Numbered from the stretch's first letter, positions 7,318 through 16,941 are shown. The stretch: DNA of 64,000 nucleotides from an uncultured virus (IMG/VR IMGVR_UViG_3300020050_008099) (IMGVR_UViG_3300020050_008099); one strand, 5' to 3'. Numbers and translations are program-made. Notes: a model not told the origin generated them from the sequence alone.

Positions 7318-8196
7318 ATGTCTGTAGTTATGCTTCGTCGTCGTAAACTTGGGAGAACTTCTTGCAACGAAATCGCAAGACTTTCTCAAAAACAAATTCA
7401 AGTGGTCAGAAATGACCAACAATTCCCCGCTGACACGAACCTTGTTATTCGTTGGGGAACCACCTCAAATGTCCCCTGTCGTAATGTAGTAAACACCGCA
7501 GAGGCAATCCATCGTGTTGGGGATAAAGCAGGTTTTCGTCGGGTGTTGATGAGTCAGGAGGGTGTGTTACAAAACCGTGACAAACTTCTATGCCCACACA
7601 CATTTTTTGCAGACTATGGCTATGGCGCGGGATTAGAGGATGGGGTTAACTATCCTGTAGTTGTCCGTCCTCGTGTTCACGCTCAAGGCAAGCATGTTTA
7701 CTTGTGTAATAATCGAGCAGAACTTGATAATGCTATCCGTCGTTGCGGTGAAGGTTGGTATGCCTCCTCCTATATCAACAAGGTTGCAGAATATCGTGTA
7801 GCCTTTGTTCAAGGACGTGTAGCATGGGTCGCCCGCAAAACTCCCGGTAACCCAGAAGATGTGGCTTGGAACGTTGCTCGTGGGGGGCGTTTTGACAATG
7901 TTCGTTGGGATGAATGGCCTTTGAAAGCTGTGAGAGTTTCTCGTGAAGCTTTTATGCTCTCTGGTCTTGACTTTGGTGGTGTTGACGTTATGGTAGATGC
8001 TGCTGGTAATGCTTATGTTCTTGAAATCAACTCCGCCCCCTCTCTGACAAGTCCCTACAGACAAGAGTGTATGGCAAAGTGTTTTGATTGGGTTATCGAA
8101 TACGGAAAACAGAATCTTCCTATCACGGAAGCGCGTGGTGGATGGAAAAAATTCATTCATCCTGCACTCACTAATGAAGCAATTATGGTGGTCTAA
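7318..8196 (+). CDS. ATP-grasp peptide ligase (RimK/phiEco32-like)
   Basis: YPVVVRP..H.QG; EYRV; GLDFGGVDV...YVLEINSAP. Confidence 0.9.
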   Translation: MSVVMLRRRKLGRTSCNEIARLSQKQIQVVRNDQQFPADTNLVIRWGTTSNVPCRNVVNTAEAIHRVGDKAGFRRVLMSQEGVLQNRDKLLCPHTFFADYGYGAGLEDGVNYPVVVRPRVHAQGKHVYLCNNRAELDNAIRRCGEGWYASSYINKVAEYRVAFVQGRVAWVARKTPGNPEDVAWNVARGGRFDNVRWDEWPLKAVRVSREAFMLSGLDFGGVDVMVDAAGNAYVLEINSAPSLTSPYRQECMAKCFDWVIEYGKQNLPITEARGGWKKFIHPALTNEAIMVV

Positions 8197-9048
8197 ATGA
8201 CTGTATTTTTAGAGGAACAACGTAAAGAGTTTAGGAAGTTTGACAGCACTTCTAGCAACAACGTCACTCTTGGAGGTGTTCGAGGCGAGAGTCAGTCTGT
8301 TTGGATGGAAAATGGCCCTTGTCATGGTGGTTATTCAAAGGGGAATTGCAGGGATGTGAAATATCTTATCTGGGGTCCAAGACTTAAGAAAAACTTGATG
8401 CCGGACCCTGAGCGAAAACTTTTCACTGAATGGTTGACGAAAGAATCCCCGTGGGCACCTGTTTTCTTGTCTAAAGATTGGGAAGAAATCAAACAATATG
8501 GTTTTGTTGGTCGAACCGACCTCCCGGAAAATTTTGTGATTTCAGCTTGCATTGCAAGCCGATTTACTTATGAGAGTTACTGTGATTTCTCAGGCATTCG
8601 GGCTGTTTGGAGGTCTTTGATTGCTGCAGGGGTAAGTTTGGAAGATGCTTACCTATTTAGTCATCTGCTCCTTAAAGAGGGTAAAGGCTGGAAAGTTGGG
8701 GCTTTTTCCACAGGGCATTCCCCTTTTAACCTTTCTACAGTTCAGGAGGATGCTTACAGAAATTACTGGGCAAAAAATCTTGGTAGCCCCTCTCCTAGAA
8801 CCTTTTTCGATAATGGTGGTTACGGTGGGTGCGGTTATTCGGCATACAGCCTTTTCTCAAATAAAAACTCTTCCTCCTCGTACTCAGGGGCTTTTTACAA
8901 GAGAATTCTCTCGATGAGACCTAAAAGTTTAAATATGGCGATTAATCATAACATCTTTAAACTTGAGGACAAGGCTGGGTATCTTCTTACAAACAAAGAA
9001 GACCTTTTTTCTATCATTGACCAAATCAAGGAAGCTGTTCATGCCTAA
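8197..9048 (+). CDS. Hypothetical protein within the amidoligase cluster
   Basis: Long ORF in operon; no recognised motif. Confidence 0.7.
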   Translation: MTVFLEEQRKEFRKFDSTSSNNVTLGGVRGESQSVWMENGPCHGGYSKGNCRDVKYLIWGPRLKKNLMPDPERKLFTEWLTKESPWAPVFLSKDWEEIKQYGFVGRTDLPENFVISACIASRFTYESYCDFSGIRAVWRSLIAAGVSLEDAYLFSHLLLKEGKGWKVGAFSTGHSPFNLSTVQEDAYRNYWAKNLGSPSPRTFFDNGGYGGCGYSAYSLFSNKNSSSSYSGAFYKRILSMRPKSLNMAINHNIFKLEDKAGYLLTNKEDLFSIIDQIKEAVHA

Positions 9049-9658
9049 AGTTCTTATTGTGGGTGGAGATCACCTCATCGAAGATATGTTTCGTAAACGT
9101 GGGTGGGAGATTGTTTCTTCCACAGGTGCTGAACCAGATTTAGTTCAATTCACTGGTGGTGCAGATGTTTCACCAGCGTTTTACCACGAAGCAAAGCATC
9201 CAGCTTCTCACACAGACCCACGAAGGGATGAGTATGAATTTGGGATTTTCCACCAGTATATCAACAAACCCAAAGCTGGGATTTGTCGTGGTGGACAATT
9301 CCTTAACGTAATGTGTGGTGGTAAAATGTGGCAACATGTGGATAATCACACACGTTCTCACAAAGCTCTTTCCTATTTGCATGGCACCGTTGTTGATGTT
9401 ACGTCAACACATCACCAAATGATGCGTCCAAGCGAAGCTGCAAATATTTTAATGGTGGCTGATCCGAGGGTTTCTACATATAAACAATCTGCTACAGAAA
9501 CTTCAGTTTCTCAAGATTTGGATATTGAAGCTTGTTTTTACGACAAGGCTCTAGCCCTTTGCTATCAACCACACCCTGAGTATACCCATTTTGAATCTGA
9601 ATGTCAGAATGTGTATTTTGACTATTTGTCTACTTTCCTGAATCTTCGCAAAGGTTGA
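9041..9658 (+). CDS. Class I glutamine amidotransferase / peptidase C26 (gamma-glutamyl hydrolase-like)
   Basis: FTGGADV; GICRGGQFLNV; STHHQM; QPHPE; likely start ATG 9041. Confidence 0.9.
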   Translation: MPKVLIVGGDHLIEDMFRKRGWEIVSSTGAEPDLVQFTGGADVSPAFYHEAKHPASHTDPRRDEYEFGIFHQYINKPKAGICRGGQFLNVMCGGKMWQHVDNHTRSHKALSYLHGTVVDVTSTHHQMMRPSEAANILMVADPRVSTYKQSATETSVSQDLDIEACFYDKALALCYQPHPEYTHFESECQNVYFDYLSTFLNLRKG

Positions 9659-9662
9659 AAAT

Positions 9663-11126
9663 ATGTGCGGTTTAGTCGGAGTAATGTCTAGCAATCTTGC
9701 AGACAATCATAAGAAAATGTTTCACAATATGCTACATTTTGATGTCCTTCGTGGGGAGGATAGCACAGGTGTAGCTTGCATTGGGGGTTTGAATACACAG
9801 CAACCCCCCTCCGTAGAAGTTTTCAAAACTGTAGGGCCTCCCACTGAACTGTTCTTTTTTCATGGGGTTGGTGCAAAGAGAGATGTACTTTCGCACAAAC
9901 CCACCCAAATTTTGCTTGGACATAATCGGTTTGCCACGCAGGGACAAATCAACGAAGACAATGCACACCCATTTGATTTTCCAAATCTTGTGGGGGCGCA
10001 TAATGGGACGTTGCAAAAATACCAAATGTCGGATTTTGTTGATGCAAAAACCTATGATGTAGATTCGCAAATTCTTTTCAGTGAAATCTCGCACCAACAA
10101 GACGTGCGACCTGTCTGGGAACAAGTAAATGGTCCTATGGCCCTTACTTGGTTTGATAAACTTACCAAGAAATTGCATCTTGCCCGTAACAAAGAACGTC
10201 CTCTGTTTTACGCTATTACAGAAGATAAGAAAAGCTTGTTCTGGGCTTCAGAATCTTGGATGATTATCGTTGGAGCTTTGCGAAATAACATCAAGATTCA
10301 CGACGTTCAAAACCTTCCTGTAGAAGTTCTTCACACCATTTCCTTTAATGAGAAGGGAGAGATTTTAATTTCGGTAGAAGACCTGCCGAAATATAAAATC
10401 AAACCTTTTTCGCAAGGTTACTACCAACAAGGTTACAAAGGCTTGTATGGTAGAATGTGGGACGATGAAGACGACGAGTGGAGCCTCTGGAACAGATACA
10501 ACAAAGAAGAGGCGGCTGACAAAAAGCGAGAGGAAACTCCTCCGAAAGCAAAATCAGACTCGAAGGTAATTCCAGATTGTCTGATTATCACGGAGGTTCA
10601 CAAGCCAGATGATAAGAGCCACTTCCTAGTGGCTATAGGAGAGGCTCCTGATGGCCGTGAGGTGAAGATTGTGGTGGAACCCAAGGATCAAGAGGAAGCC
10701 CTCAAAAAGATGGTTGGGAGAGGTCTACAAGGCTACTACACTTCTCTGGAAATTTACAGGTCAGAGTTGCACAACCACGACAAGAAAATCCCTCCGTTTT
10801 TTGTGCATTGGTCCAAGCTTAACTGGGCTAAGTCTAAAGATGGGTTTAAGATTGTTCGTAAGAACAATGGTGGTTGGATTGTTTCAAAGACTATGAAAAC
10901 CGAAACTACATCCTCTGAAATTCCCAAAGAGTCTGAAGTTGCTCCTTGGTTTGGCAATGCAGTGTTTATCAGCAAAACCTCTTGGGAAGGTTTTGTTGAC
11001 AGTGGTTGTGACTGTTGTGGACGACATGTTACATGGGAAGAACGACACAATCTTGTGTGGAAAGATAAGTTGGTGTTTATCTGCCCAACTTGTAAAGAAG
11101 AACCTCAAATTCAGAAAACAGCTTAA
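9663..11126 (+). CDS. Class II (Ntn) glutamine amidotransferase
   Basis: N-terminal MCGLVG; RGEDSTG; GHNRFAT; NAHPF; HNG; DS. Confidence 0.92.
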   Translation: MCGLVGVMSSNLADNHKKMFHNMLHFDVLRGEDSTGVACIGGLNTQQPPSVEVFKTVGPPTELFFFHGVGAKRDVLSHKPTQILLGHNRFATQGQINEDNAHPFDFPNLVGAHNGTLQKYQMSDFVDAKTYDVDSQILFSEISHQQDVRPVWEQVNGPMALTWFDKLTKKLHLARNKERPLFYAITEDKKSLFWASESWMIIVGALRNNIKIHDVQNLPVEVLHTISFNEKGEILISVEDLPKYKIKPFSQGYYQQGYKGLYGRMWDDEDDEWSLWNRYNKEEAADKKREETPPKAKSDSKVIPDCLIITEVHKPDDKSHFLVAIGEAPDGREVKIVVEPKDQEEALKKMVGRGLQGYYTSLEIYRSELHNHDKKIPPFFVHWSKLNWAKSKDGFKIVRKNNGGWIVSKTMKTETTSSEIPKESEVAPWFGNAVFISKTSWEGFVDSGCDCCGRHVTWEERHNLVWKDKLVFICPTCKEEPQIQKTA

Positions 11127-11135
11127 GGTGTTACA

Positions 11136-12020
11136 ATGAAAATCAACGGCTACGAATTTATGATTGGCGCTGACCCGGAATTTTTTGTTCGTCGCGGAGG
11201 TCAAGTGGTTTCGGCCTATGGCTTGGTCCCCGGAACGAAAGACAGGGCATACCCTGTAAAAGGTGGGGCTGTTCAAGTTGATGGTATGGCTTTGGAGTTT
11301 AATATCAACCCCGCCAATACAGCAGCAGAGTTTGAGGAAAGTATGTCCTCTGTGCTTGCTCAGATCACAAGCATGGTCCCCGGTTATGAAGTCTTCACAG
11401 AAGATGTTGAAAAAGCCGGGTTGCAAGCCAAGCTTCCCAAGTCTGTCGCAGATTTTGATCGAGGCTATATCGAGGCGCAACCCAAAGAAGCCAAGGAACT
11501 TGGATGTAATCCCGACTTCAATGCTTACACTCGCAAGGAGAATCCCAGACCAAATGCAGAATTCCCCTTCCGCACGGCTTCTGGGCACGTCCATATTGGG
11601 TGGACTAAAGGCGTTGACGTAAATGATCCCGGACATTTGGAAGCTTGCTATTCTCTTGTGAAAGCCCTCGACTTATTCTTAGGGGTTCCTAGCCTTGTTT
11701 GGGATACCGAGGACCGTCGTAGAGAGTTGTATGGGCAAGCAGGGGCTTTCCGACCGAAACCCTATGGTTTGGAATATCGAGTTCTGTCTAACAAATGGAT
11801 CACCAGCCCGCTGCTTCGTAAGCTTGTTTACTGGAACACTATCGAAGCTATTCGGGCTACATTCAAAGACCCTAAAATTGGGGAGAGCCTTTTTGGTGAT
11901 ATGACTGCTAAAGATATTATCAACAAGACGAAAGAAAATTGGAGCGTCGCAGCCTCCTCCGTGCTAGGCTATGGCGGTGTCCGTGGTCCAAAATGGTATC
12001 GAGAAAACACGCCTTCGTGA
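11136..12020 (+). CDS. phiEco32-like COOH-NH2 ligase type 2
   Basis: IGADPEFF; VQVDGMALEFN; GCNPDFNAY; RTASGHVHIG; FRPKPYGLEYR. Confidence 0.92.
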   Translation: MKINGYEFMIGADPEFFVRRGGQVVSAYGLVPGTKDRAYPVKGGAVQVDGMALEFNINPANTAAEFEESMSSVLAQITSMVPGYEVFTEDVEKAGLQAKLPKSVADFDRGYIEAQPKEAKELGCNPDFNAYTRKENPRPNAEFPFRTASGHVHIGWTKGVDVNDPGHLEACYSLVKALDLFLGVPSLVWDTEDRRRELYGQAGAFRPKPYGLEYRVLSNKWITSPLLRKLVYWNTIEAIRATFKDPKIGESLFGDMTAKDIINKTKENWSVAASSVLGYGGVRGPKWYRENTPS

Positions 12021-12029
12021 GGAAAAATT

Positions 12030-12626
12030 ATGGTAAAGATGTATTATGGGGATGATCTGGACTACATTGTCAAGAGACTCACTCACACATTAGTCCAAAC
12101 CCACGAGAAAAGACCTGTTTGGGTTTACTCGGTGGTTGGAGATTCCTCAAAAGGTATCAGTGTTATCTGCAAAGATTTAATCACTGGTCTCAGTGATCAA
12201 GTGGTAGACTTGCACAAAATTGACTTAGAGCCTGTAAAGCTTGGCTACTTCTTCGACAATGTACGTGGTCGGGCTGTGTTTTCTGCTCGGAAACCTATGA
12301 GAAGGGATTGGAAACAAGGTTTATCCACCGCAAGTGCTATTTTCTCTGACGGCAGACGTTTAGGAGATTATGAGCTTAAAGCTATGGTTCAACCTATCAC
12401 GAACAACTATTCAAGTTTGCCTGAACAATTGAATAAGTTTCAAAAAGAGCCGCAGGTCGAATCTGTCCCACTCTCTCGTAACTTTGCCTTACGTAATACT
12501 AAAGTTAAACAACTGCTGTATCGAGATTCAGTTGTTGGGGAGATGCAAAAAAATGTAGCTGTGTTAAGTTCCAAGTATTTCTTTCTTTCCGAACAGTTTC
12601 AAAAAGAGGTGAAACATGCTGGCTAG
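12030..12626 (+). CDS. Hypothetical protein in the amidoligase cluster
   Basis: LGY...RKPMRRDWKQGL motif. Confidence 0.7.
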   Translation: MVKMYYGDDLDYIVKRLTHTLVQTHEKRPVWVYSVVGDSSKGISVICKDLITGLSDQVVDLHKIDLEPVKLGYFFDNVRGRAVFSARKPMRRDWKQGLSTASAIFSDGRRLGDYELKAMVQPITNNYSSLPEQLNKFQKEPQVESVPLSRNFALRNTKVKQLLYRDSVVGEMQKNVAVLSSKYFFLSEQFQKEVKHAG

Positions 12627-13467
12627 TCTTCTTGGGGTGACTGAAACCTCTGGTGAAATTGGTGTCGAAATTGAAGTGGAGGGTTCTCGGCTGCCCAATT
12701 CAGATATGGTTGGTAAGCTGTGGAGATGTGAAGCAGACCCCTCCTTACGTGGGGAGAGCTGTGAGTATGTTCTTAGAAAACCTTTGGATCGTCCAGAAAT
12801 TGCACTAGCCCTAGATGCTTTGTCCAAAGCTTACGACAGAAATCGAACGTCGGTAACCAATGGTTATCGTGCTGGTATTCACATCCATGTCAACGTGCAG
12901 GATTTAACTCCGAGACAACTTATCAATTTTATCACTCTTTATTTCATGTTTGAAGAGTGCCTGATTCGTTTTTGTGAGCAAAGTCGTCTTGGAAACCATT
13001 TTTGTCTTCGGGTTTCTGATGCTAGTCATATTGTAACACTTCTTACTAAAGCGATTACTACTGGCAACTTAAGGATTCTAAATACTGACGAAATTCGGTA
13101 TAGCAGTCTAAACCTCACTGCATTGTTCAAATACGGGTCAGTGGAATTTAGAGCTTTGGAATCTACAAACGACTGGGGTAAAATCCTCACTTGGATTGAC
13201 CTTCTCCTGTCGTTAAAGAAACATGCGAAAACGGTGGAAAATCCCACAGACCTTTTAGGCAATTGTAGCGCCGAAGGACCGGAAAAATTTGCTAAAACAG
13301 TTTTTGGTAAGTTTTACCCAATCCTTAAAAACCATCTTGTGGGGTTGGATGTCGAAGAGTTAATTTATGAAGGTGTGAGAAATATTCAATTTCCAATTTT
13401 CTCTCGGGACTGGAACCTCAAAAATTTGAATATTTTTAGGTTGCAAGAAGATATTTTTGCGGGGTAA
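12616..13467 (+). CDS. Putative amidoligase (Amidoligase_2, glutamine synthetase-like fold)
   Basis: GVEIEVE; DPSLR; EYV; GIHIHVN; RYSSLN...GSVEFR. Confidence 0.9.
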   Translation: MLASLLGVTETSGEIGVEIEVEGSRLPNSDMVGKLWRCEADPSLRGESCEYVLRKPLDRPEIALALDALSKAYDRNRTSVTNGYRAGIHIHVNVQDLTPRQLINFITLYFMFEECLIRFCEQSRLGNHFCLRVSDASHIVTLLTKAITTGNLRILNTDEIRYSSLNLTALFKYGSVEFRALESTNDWGKILTWIDLLLSLKKHAKTVENPTDLLGNCSAEGPEKFAKTVFGKFYPILKNHLVGLDVEELIYEGVRNIQFPIFSRDWNLKNLNIFRLQEDIFAG

Positions 13468-13470
13468 GCT

Positions 13471-13767
13471 ATGTATTATAAATTTACTGGGTTAAAAGAT
13501 GAGAATGGGGAATTGTTAACCAGTTTCTATGACCACCCAGACTGTGAAGATTTCTACGACGATGATGAGGATGACTATGTTTTTCCTTCATATTACGAAC
13601 CGTATGAGTTTTTTGGACTAAGACTTGGGGATGTTATCTTCCGATCAACTACCTTCAGAGACATAATGATGTTTGTCCCCATACATAGCCCACATAAAAG
13701 GGTCTATGGACTCTCGGAAAATGAGTTTGAGCCAGCAGAAGTGAAAAAATTAGAAGAATTTTTGTAA
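13471..13767 (+). CDS. Acidic hypothetical protein with KKLEEFL tag
   Basis: ORF track. Confidence 0.65.
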   Translation: MYYKFTGLKDENGELLTSFYDHPDCEDFYDDDEDDYVFPSYYEPYEFFGLRLGDVIFRSTTFRDIMMFVPIHSPHKRVYGLSENEFEPAEVKKLEEFL

Positions 13768-13774
13768 TGGCCCC

Positions 13775-13803
13775 TTGACAAAACAAGATTTTACACTATA
13801 TAG
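13775..13803 (+). promoter_or_regulatory. Sigma70-like promoter ahead of the replication genes
   Basis: CCCCTTGACAAAACAAGATTTTACACTATATAG; resembles the core of the 72-bp element. Confidence 0.6.
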
Positions 13804-13814
13804 GATATATAAGA

Positions 13815-14051
13815 ATGTTCAACGTATCTGACGATGTCGTGGTGACGGAAAGACCTTATGGATGGCTTAACGCTGGTTGGTTTGCAGACCAAAACTTAAA
13901 CAAAATGGTTTTTAGAGTTGTGTCTACTGGCAGAGCTGCGGCACTTATTTCTCGTCTACAACCAAATGGGAAACCTTCTAAACACAAAAGGAGGATGGAA
14001 AATAAGTTTCTTCGACATGTTAACTTAAAACCTTTGGAGGATTACTTGTAA
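13815..14051 (+). CDS. SH3/KOW-like small protein with KPLEDYL tag
   Basis: MFNVSDDVVV start. Confidence 0.7.
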   Translation: MFNVSDDVVVTERPYGWLNAGWFADQNLNKMVFRVVSTGRAAALISRLQPNGKPSKHKRRMENKFLRHVNLKPLEDYL

Positions 14052-14054
14052 GTA

Positions 14055-15014
14055 ATGAGTGGAATTCAAATTGATGCGCTTGCGCATAGTTGTGGTACAA
14101 AAAAGGGCTTAAAAGTTTTTGCCCAAGAAGATGGAACAGTTAATGGTTTTTGTTTTAGTTGTTCCACTTTTGTTGGCGACCCTTACGGGGATGGTAGAAC
14201 TGTAAAAGACTTACCAAAAAGAGTTGAAAAGACTGAGGCAGAGGTTCAAGCAGAAATAGCTGAAATTTCTGGTTATCAAATTTTTGACTTACCCTCTAGA
14301 AAGCTTAGGGCTAAAACCTTAGAAAAATTCGGGGCAAAAATCTCTGTTTCTGAACGAGATGGAACAACCCCAACGGCTGTGTATTGGCCAATCACAAAAG
14401 CTGGAAAACTTTGTGGTTATCATGTCAAATCAGTGGACAAAAAATTCAACCCTTATAACATTGGTAACACAGTAGATTGTGACTTAATCAATTGGGAAAA
14501 TGCTAAGGGTAGTGGGGCTTACAAACTAATCATCACAGAGGGTCCAGAAGATATGGCCTCGGTGGATAGAATTTTTGAGCTGCACGGAGACCCAAAATTT
14601 GCTCCTGCGGTCTGTTCGCTTCCACATGGAGCGTCTAGTGCAAGAAAAGTCTTGGGCAAACATGCCGAAGAAATCAAACGGACTTTTAAGGAAGTTGTGT
14701 TTTGTTTTGATAACGACACTCCCGGACAAAATGCTGTTGAAAAGGGTATGATTATTCTGCCCCACGCTAAATCAGTCATCCTGCCTACCAAAGATGCTAA
14801 CCAAGCTTTGGTGGAAGGAAAGGCTAAAGCTGCATACAATGCCATTGCTTTCCACGCAGACACCCCAAAAAACACTAGGTTGGTTTTTGGCTCAGACCTG
14901 CATGAAAAAGCGAGGGAGCCTGCCAAATTTGGTGATCTGTCTTGGCCTTGGACCAGAATGAATCAAGCCCTTCGGGGCATCCGATACGGAGAAACGATTT
15001 ACTTAGGAGCGGGT
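14055..15014 (+). CDS. Primase-helicase exon 1 (Zn finger, TOPRIM)
   Basis: HSC...CFSC; IITEGPED; FCFDND; KDAN; ends YLGAG. Confidence 0.9.
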
Positions 15015-15738
15015 TAATTGGCTCGCTATAAACATATTTAATTGCTGGAACACCCTAACGTAAAGACGAGGGCAATCAGCAGCGAAGACTAAGACCTCTG
15101 TAATTGGAGGTGACTATGATACAAATTAAAGATTTTCCTAACTACGCTATTACAATATGTGGGCGTGTTTGGTCTTACAACAGAAACAGATTTCTCGTTG
15201 GGGGCTTAGATAAAGATGGCTACAAGTTGTGGACAGCCTGTCACAAAGGTAACAGAAAAACTTTGAGGTTTCATCAAGAGGTAGCGAAAGCTTATCTCCC
15301 AAACCCTCAAAAGTTCTCTGTAATAAACCACAAAAACGGTATAAAGGAAGATAATAGAGTGTGCAATTTGGAGTGGTGTAGTATTAGCCACAACACAAAA
15401 CATGCTTACCTACTAGGTGGGTTAAATCAGTCGGGTGAAAATAATAATGCCTGCAAATACTCAGACACCCTTGTAGACGTGATTAAACAAAATTATACGG
15501 GAGGTAGTATAGCAGAGTATGCAAGGATTCTAGAAATCCCTTACTCTGTAGTATACTCGTATATTAAAGGTATCAGAAGGTCTTAGTAACGTTCAACGAC
15601 TATCCCGAAAGGGAGTAGGGCCAAGTGGTCCGAAACGGTATGCACCTTTAAGGTGAAGATATAGTCTGGTCTGTATGGAGACATATAGCAGTTCATAAGA
15701 GAACGGGTTGAGATTAACGACCTCAGTTGAACACAACG
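15015..15738 (+). mobile_element. Group I intron carrying an HNH homing endonuclease
   Basis: P1 gcgggt|taattggctcgc with U.G pair; AATTGCTGGAA, AATCAGCAG, TTCAACGACTA, AAGATATAGTC core; terminal G15738; splicing restores Walker A GAGVKMGK. Confidence 0.9.
15104..15586 (+). CDS. Intron-encoded HNH homing endonuclease
   Basis: INHKNGIKEDNRVCNLEWCSISHN. Confidence 0.9.
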   Translation: MEVTMIQIKDFPNYAITICGRVWSYNRNRFLVGGLDKDGYKLWTACHKGNRKTLRFHQEVAKAYLPNPQKFSVINHKNGIKEDNRVCNLEWCSISHNTKHAYLLGGLNQSGENNNACKYSDTLVDVIKQNYTGGSIAEYARILEIPYSVVYSYIKGIRRS

Positions 15739-16485
15739 GTTAAGATGGGTAAGGGTGAGGTTAGAAATGCTTTAGCCGCACATTTTATGAAAAACCATGA
15801 GATTAAAGTCTTCATGGCTTCCCCAGAAGAGGCCAACCCTAAAACCTATAAAATGGTTGCAGGTAAATTAGTAAACAAATTTTTCCACGATCCAGAAATT
15901 CCCTTTGACTATGAAGCTTACGATAGAGCAGGGTTAATCCTTAAAGATCGTTTAGCAATGGTTAATCTTTACCAACACATTGGTTGGGAATCTCTTCGTA
16001 AGGATATGATTGCGGCGACAGAGTGGGGAGCTAAGGCACATTTTATTGACCCTATTACAAACCTAACAAACGGGGTTAATTCAGCAGAAGCCAACACAAT
16101 GTTGCAAAGTATTGCACAAGATATTAGTGCCTTAGCATTAGACCTTAATATCACGGTCTTTATGTATTGTCACTTAAAAGCCCCGGAGGGTAATATTTCT
16201 GCAGACCAACGGCTTAATAAGTATAAGCAAGGCAAATACATTGGTTTAGGGAATTGCCCACACGAACTTGGTGGTGATGTCCTTTCGTCTCAGTTTGCGG
16301 GTTCCCGCGCAATGATGCGTAGTGCAAACTTGATGATTGGTATTGAGGGTAATAAAGACCCAGACCTTCCAGATGAGATTAGAAACATCAGAAACTTAAG
16401 GGTTTTGGAAGATCGTGAGTTTGGTGTTAGTGATAAATTTCCAGTGTATTGGAATCGTTTAACAGGGAGTTTTGAGGAACTTTAG
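15739..16485 (+). CDS. Primase-helicase exon 2 (DnaB/T7 gp4-like helicase)
   Basis: VKMGKGE; FIDPIT; YCHLK; FAGSRAMMR. Confidence 0.88.
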   Translation, partial: VKMGKGEVRNALAAHFMKNHEIKVFMASPEEANPKTYKMVAGKLVNKFFHDPEIPFDYEAYDRAGLILKDRLAMVNLYQHIGWESLRKDMIAATEWGAKAHFIDPITNLTNGVNSAEANTMLQSIAQDISALALDLNITVFMYCHLKAPEGNISADQRLNKYKQGKYIGLGNCPHELGGDVLSSQFAGSRAMMRSANLMIGIEGNKDPDLPDEIRNIRNLRVLEDREFGVSDKFPVYWNRLTGSFEEL

Positions 16486-16941
16486 ATGATTATTAATTTA
16501 ACAGAACTCTACACAAAAAACCACGCAAAGCTTTTGCGCAAGGTTAAAAAACTCACTAATAATCCCTCAAATGCAGAAGACATTGTTCAAGATACTTTTT
16601 TGGAAGCTTTGACTAAAATTGACAAATATGACTCAACAAAGGCTTCTATGACAACTTGGCTAAATAAGTTGTTAATGGCTAATATTTGGAAATATTTCAG
16701 AGGGAAGAAAAAAGAACCTCTTTTTGTGGATGTTCTAGATTGTTTTCTTGAAGACGAGAATTTTGACAAAGAGCGTATGACTTTACACAACGTTTTGGAG
16801 AAGGTGAGTAATAAATTACACAGGGATGTTCTAGTAGCAAAACTTGTGTATGGTTACACCTACGAAGAAGTGTCAAATTTGTTTGACATTAAACAAGCTA
16901 ACGCAAGAAAAATCGTCTACACGTTTAAAAGTAGCCTGTAA
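16486..16941 (+). CDS. ECF-type RNA polymerase sigma factor
   Basis: AEDIVQDTFL...YDSTKASMTTWL (region 2); GYTYEEVS HTH (region 4). Confidence 0.8.
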   Translation: MIINLTELYTKNHAKLLRKVKKLTNNPSNAEDIVQDTFLEALTKIDKYDSTKASMTTWLNKLLMANIWKYFRGKKKEPLFVDVLDCFLEDENFDKERMTLHNVLEKVSNKLHRDVLVAKLVYGYTYEEVSNLFDIKQANARKIVYTFKSSL

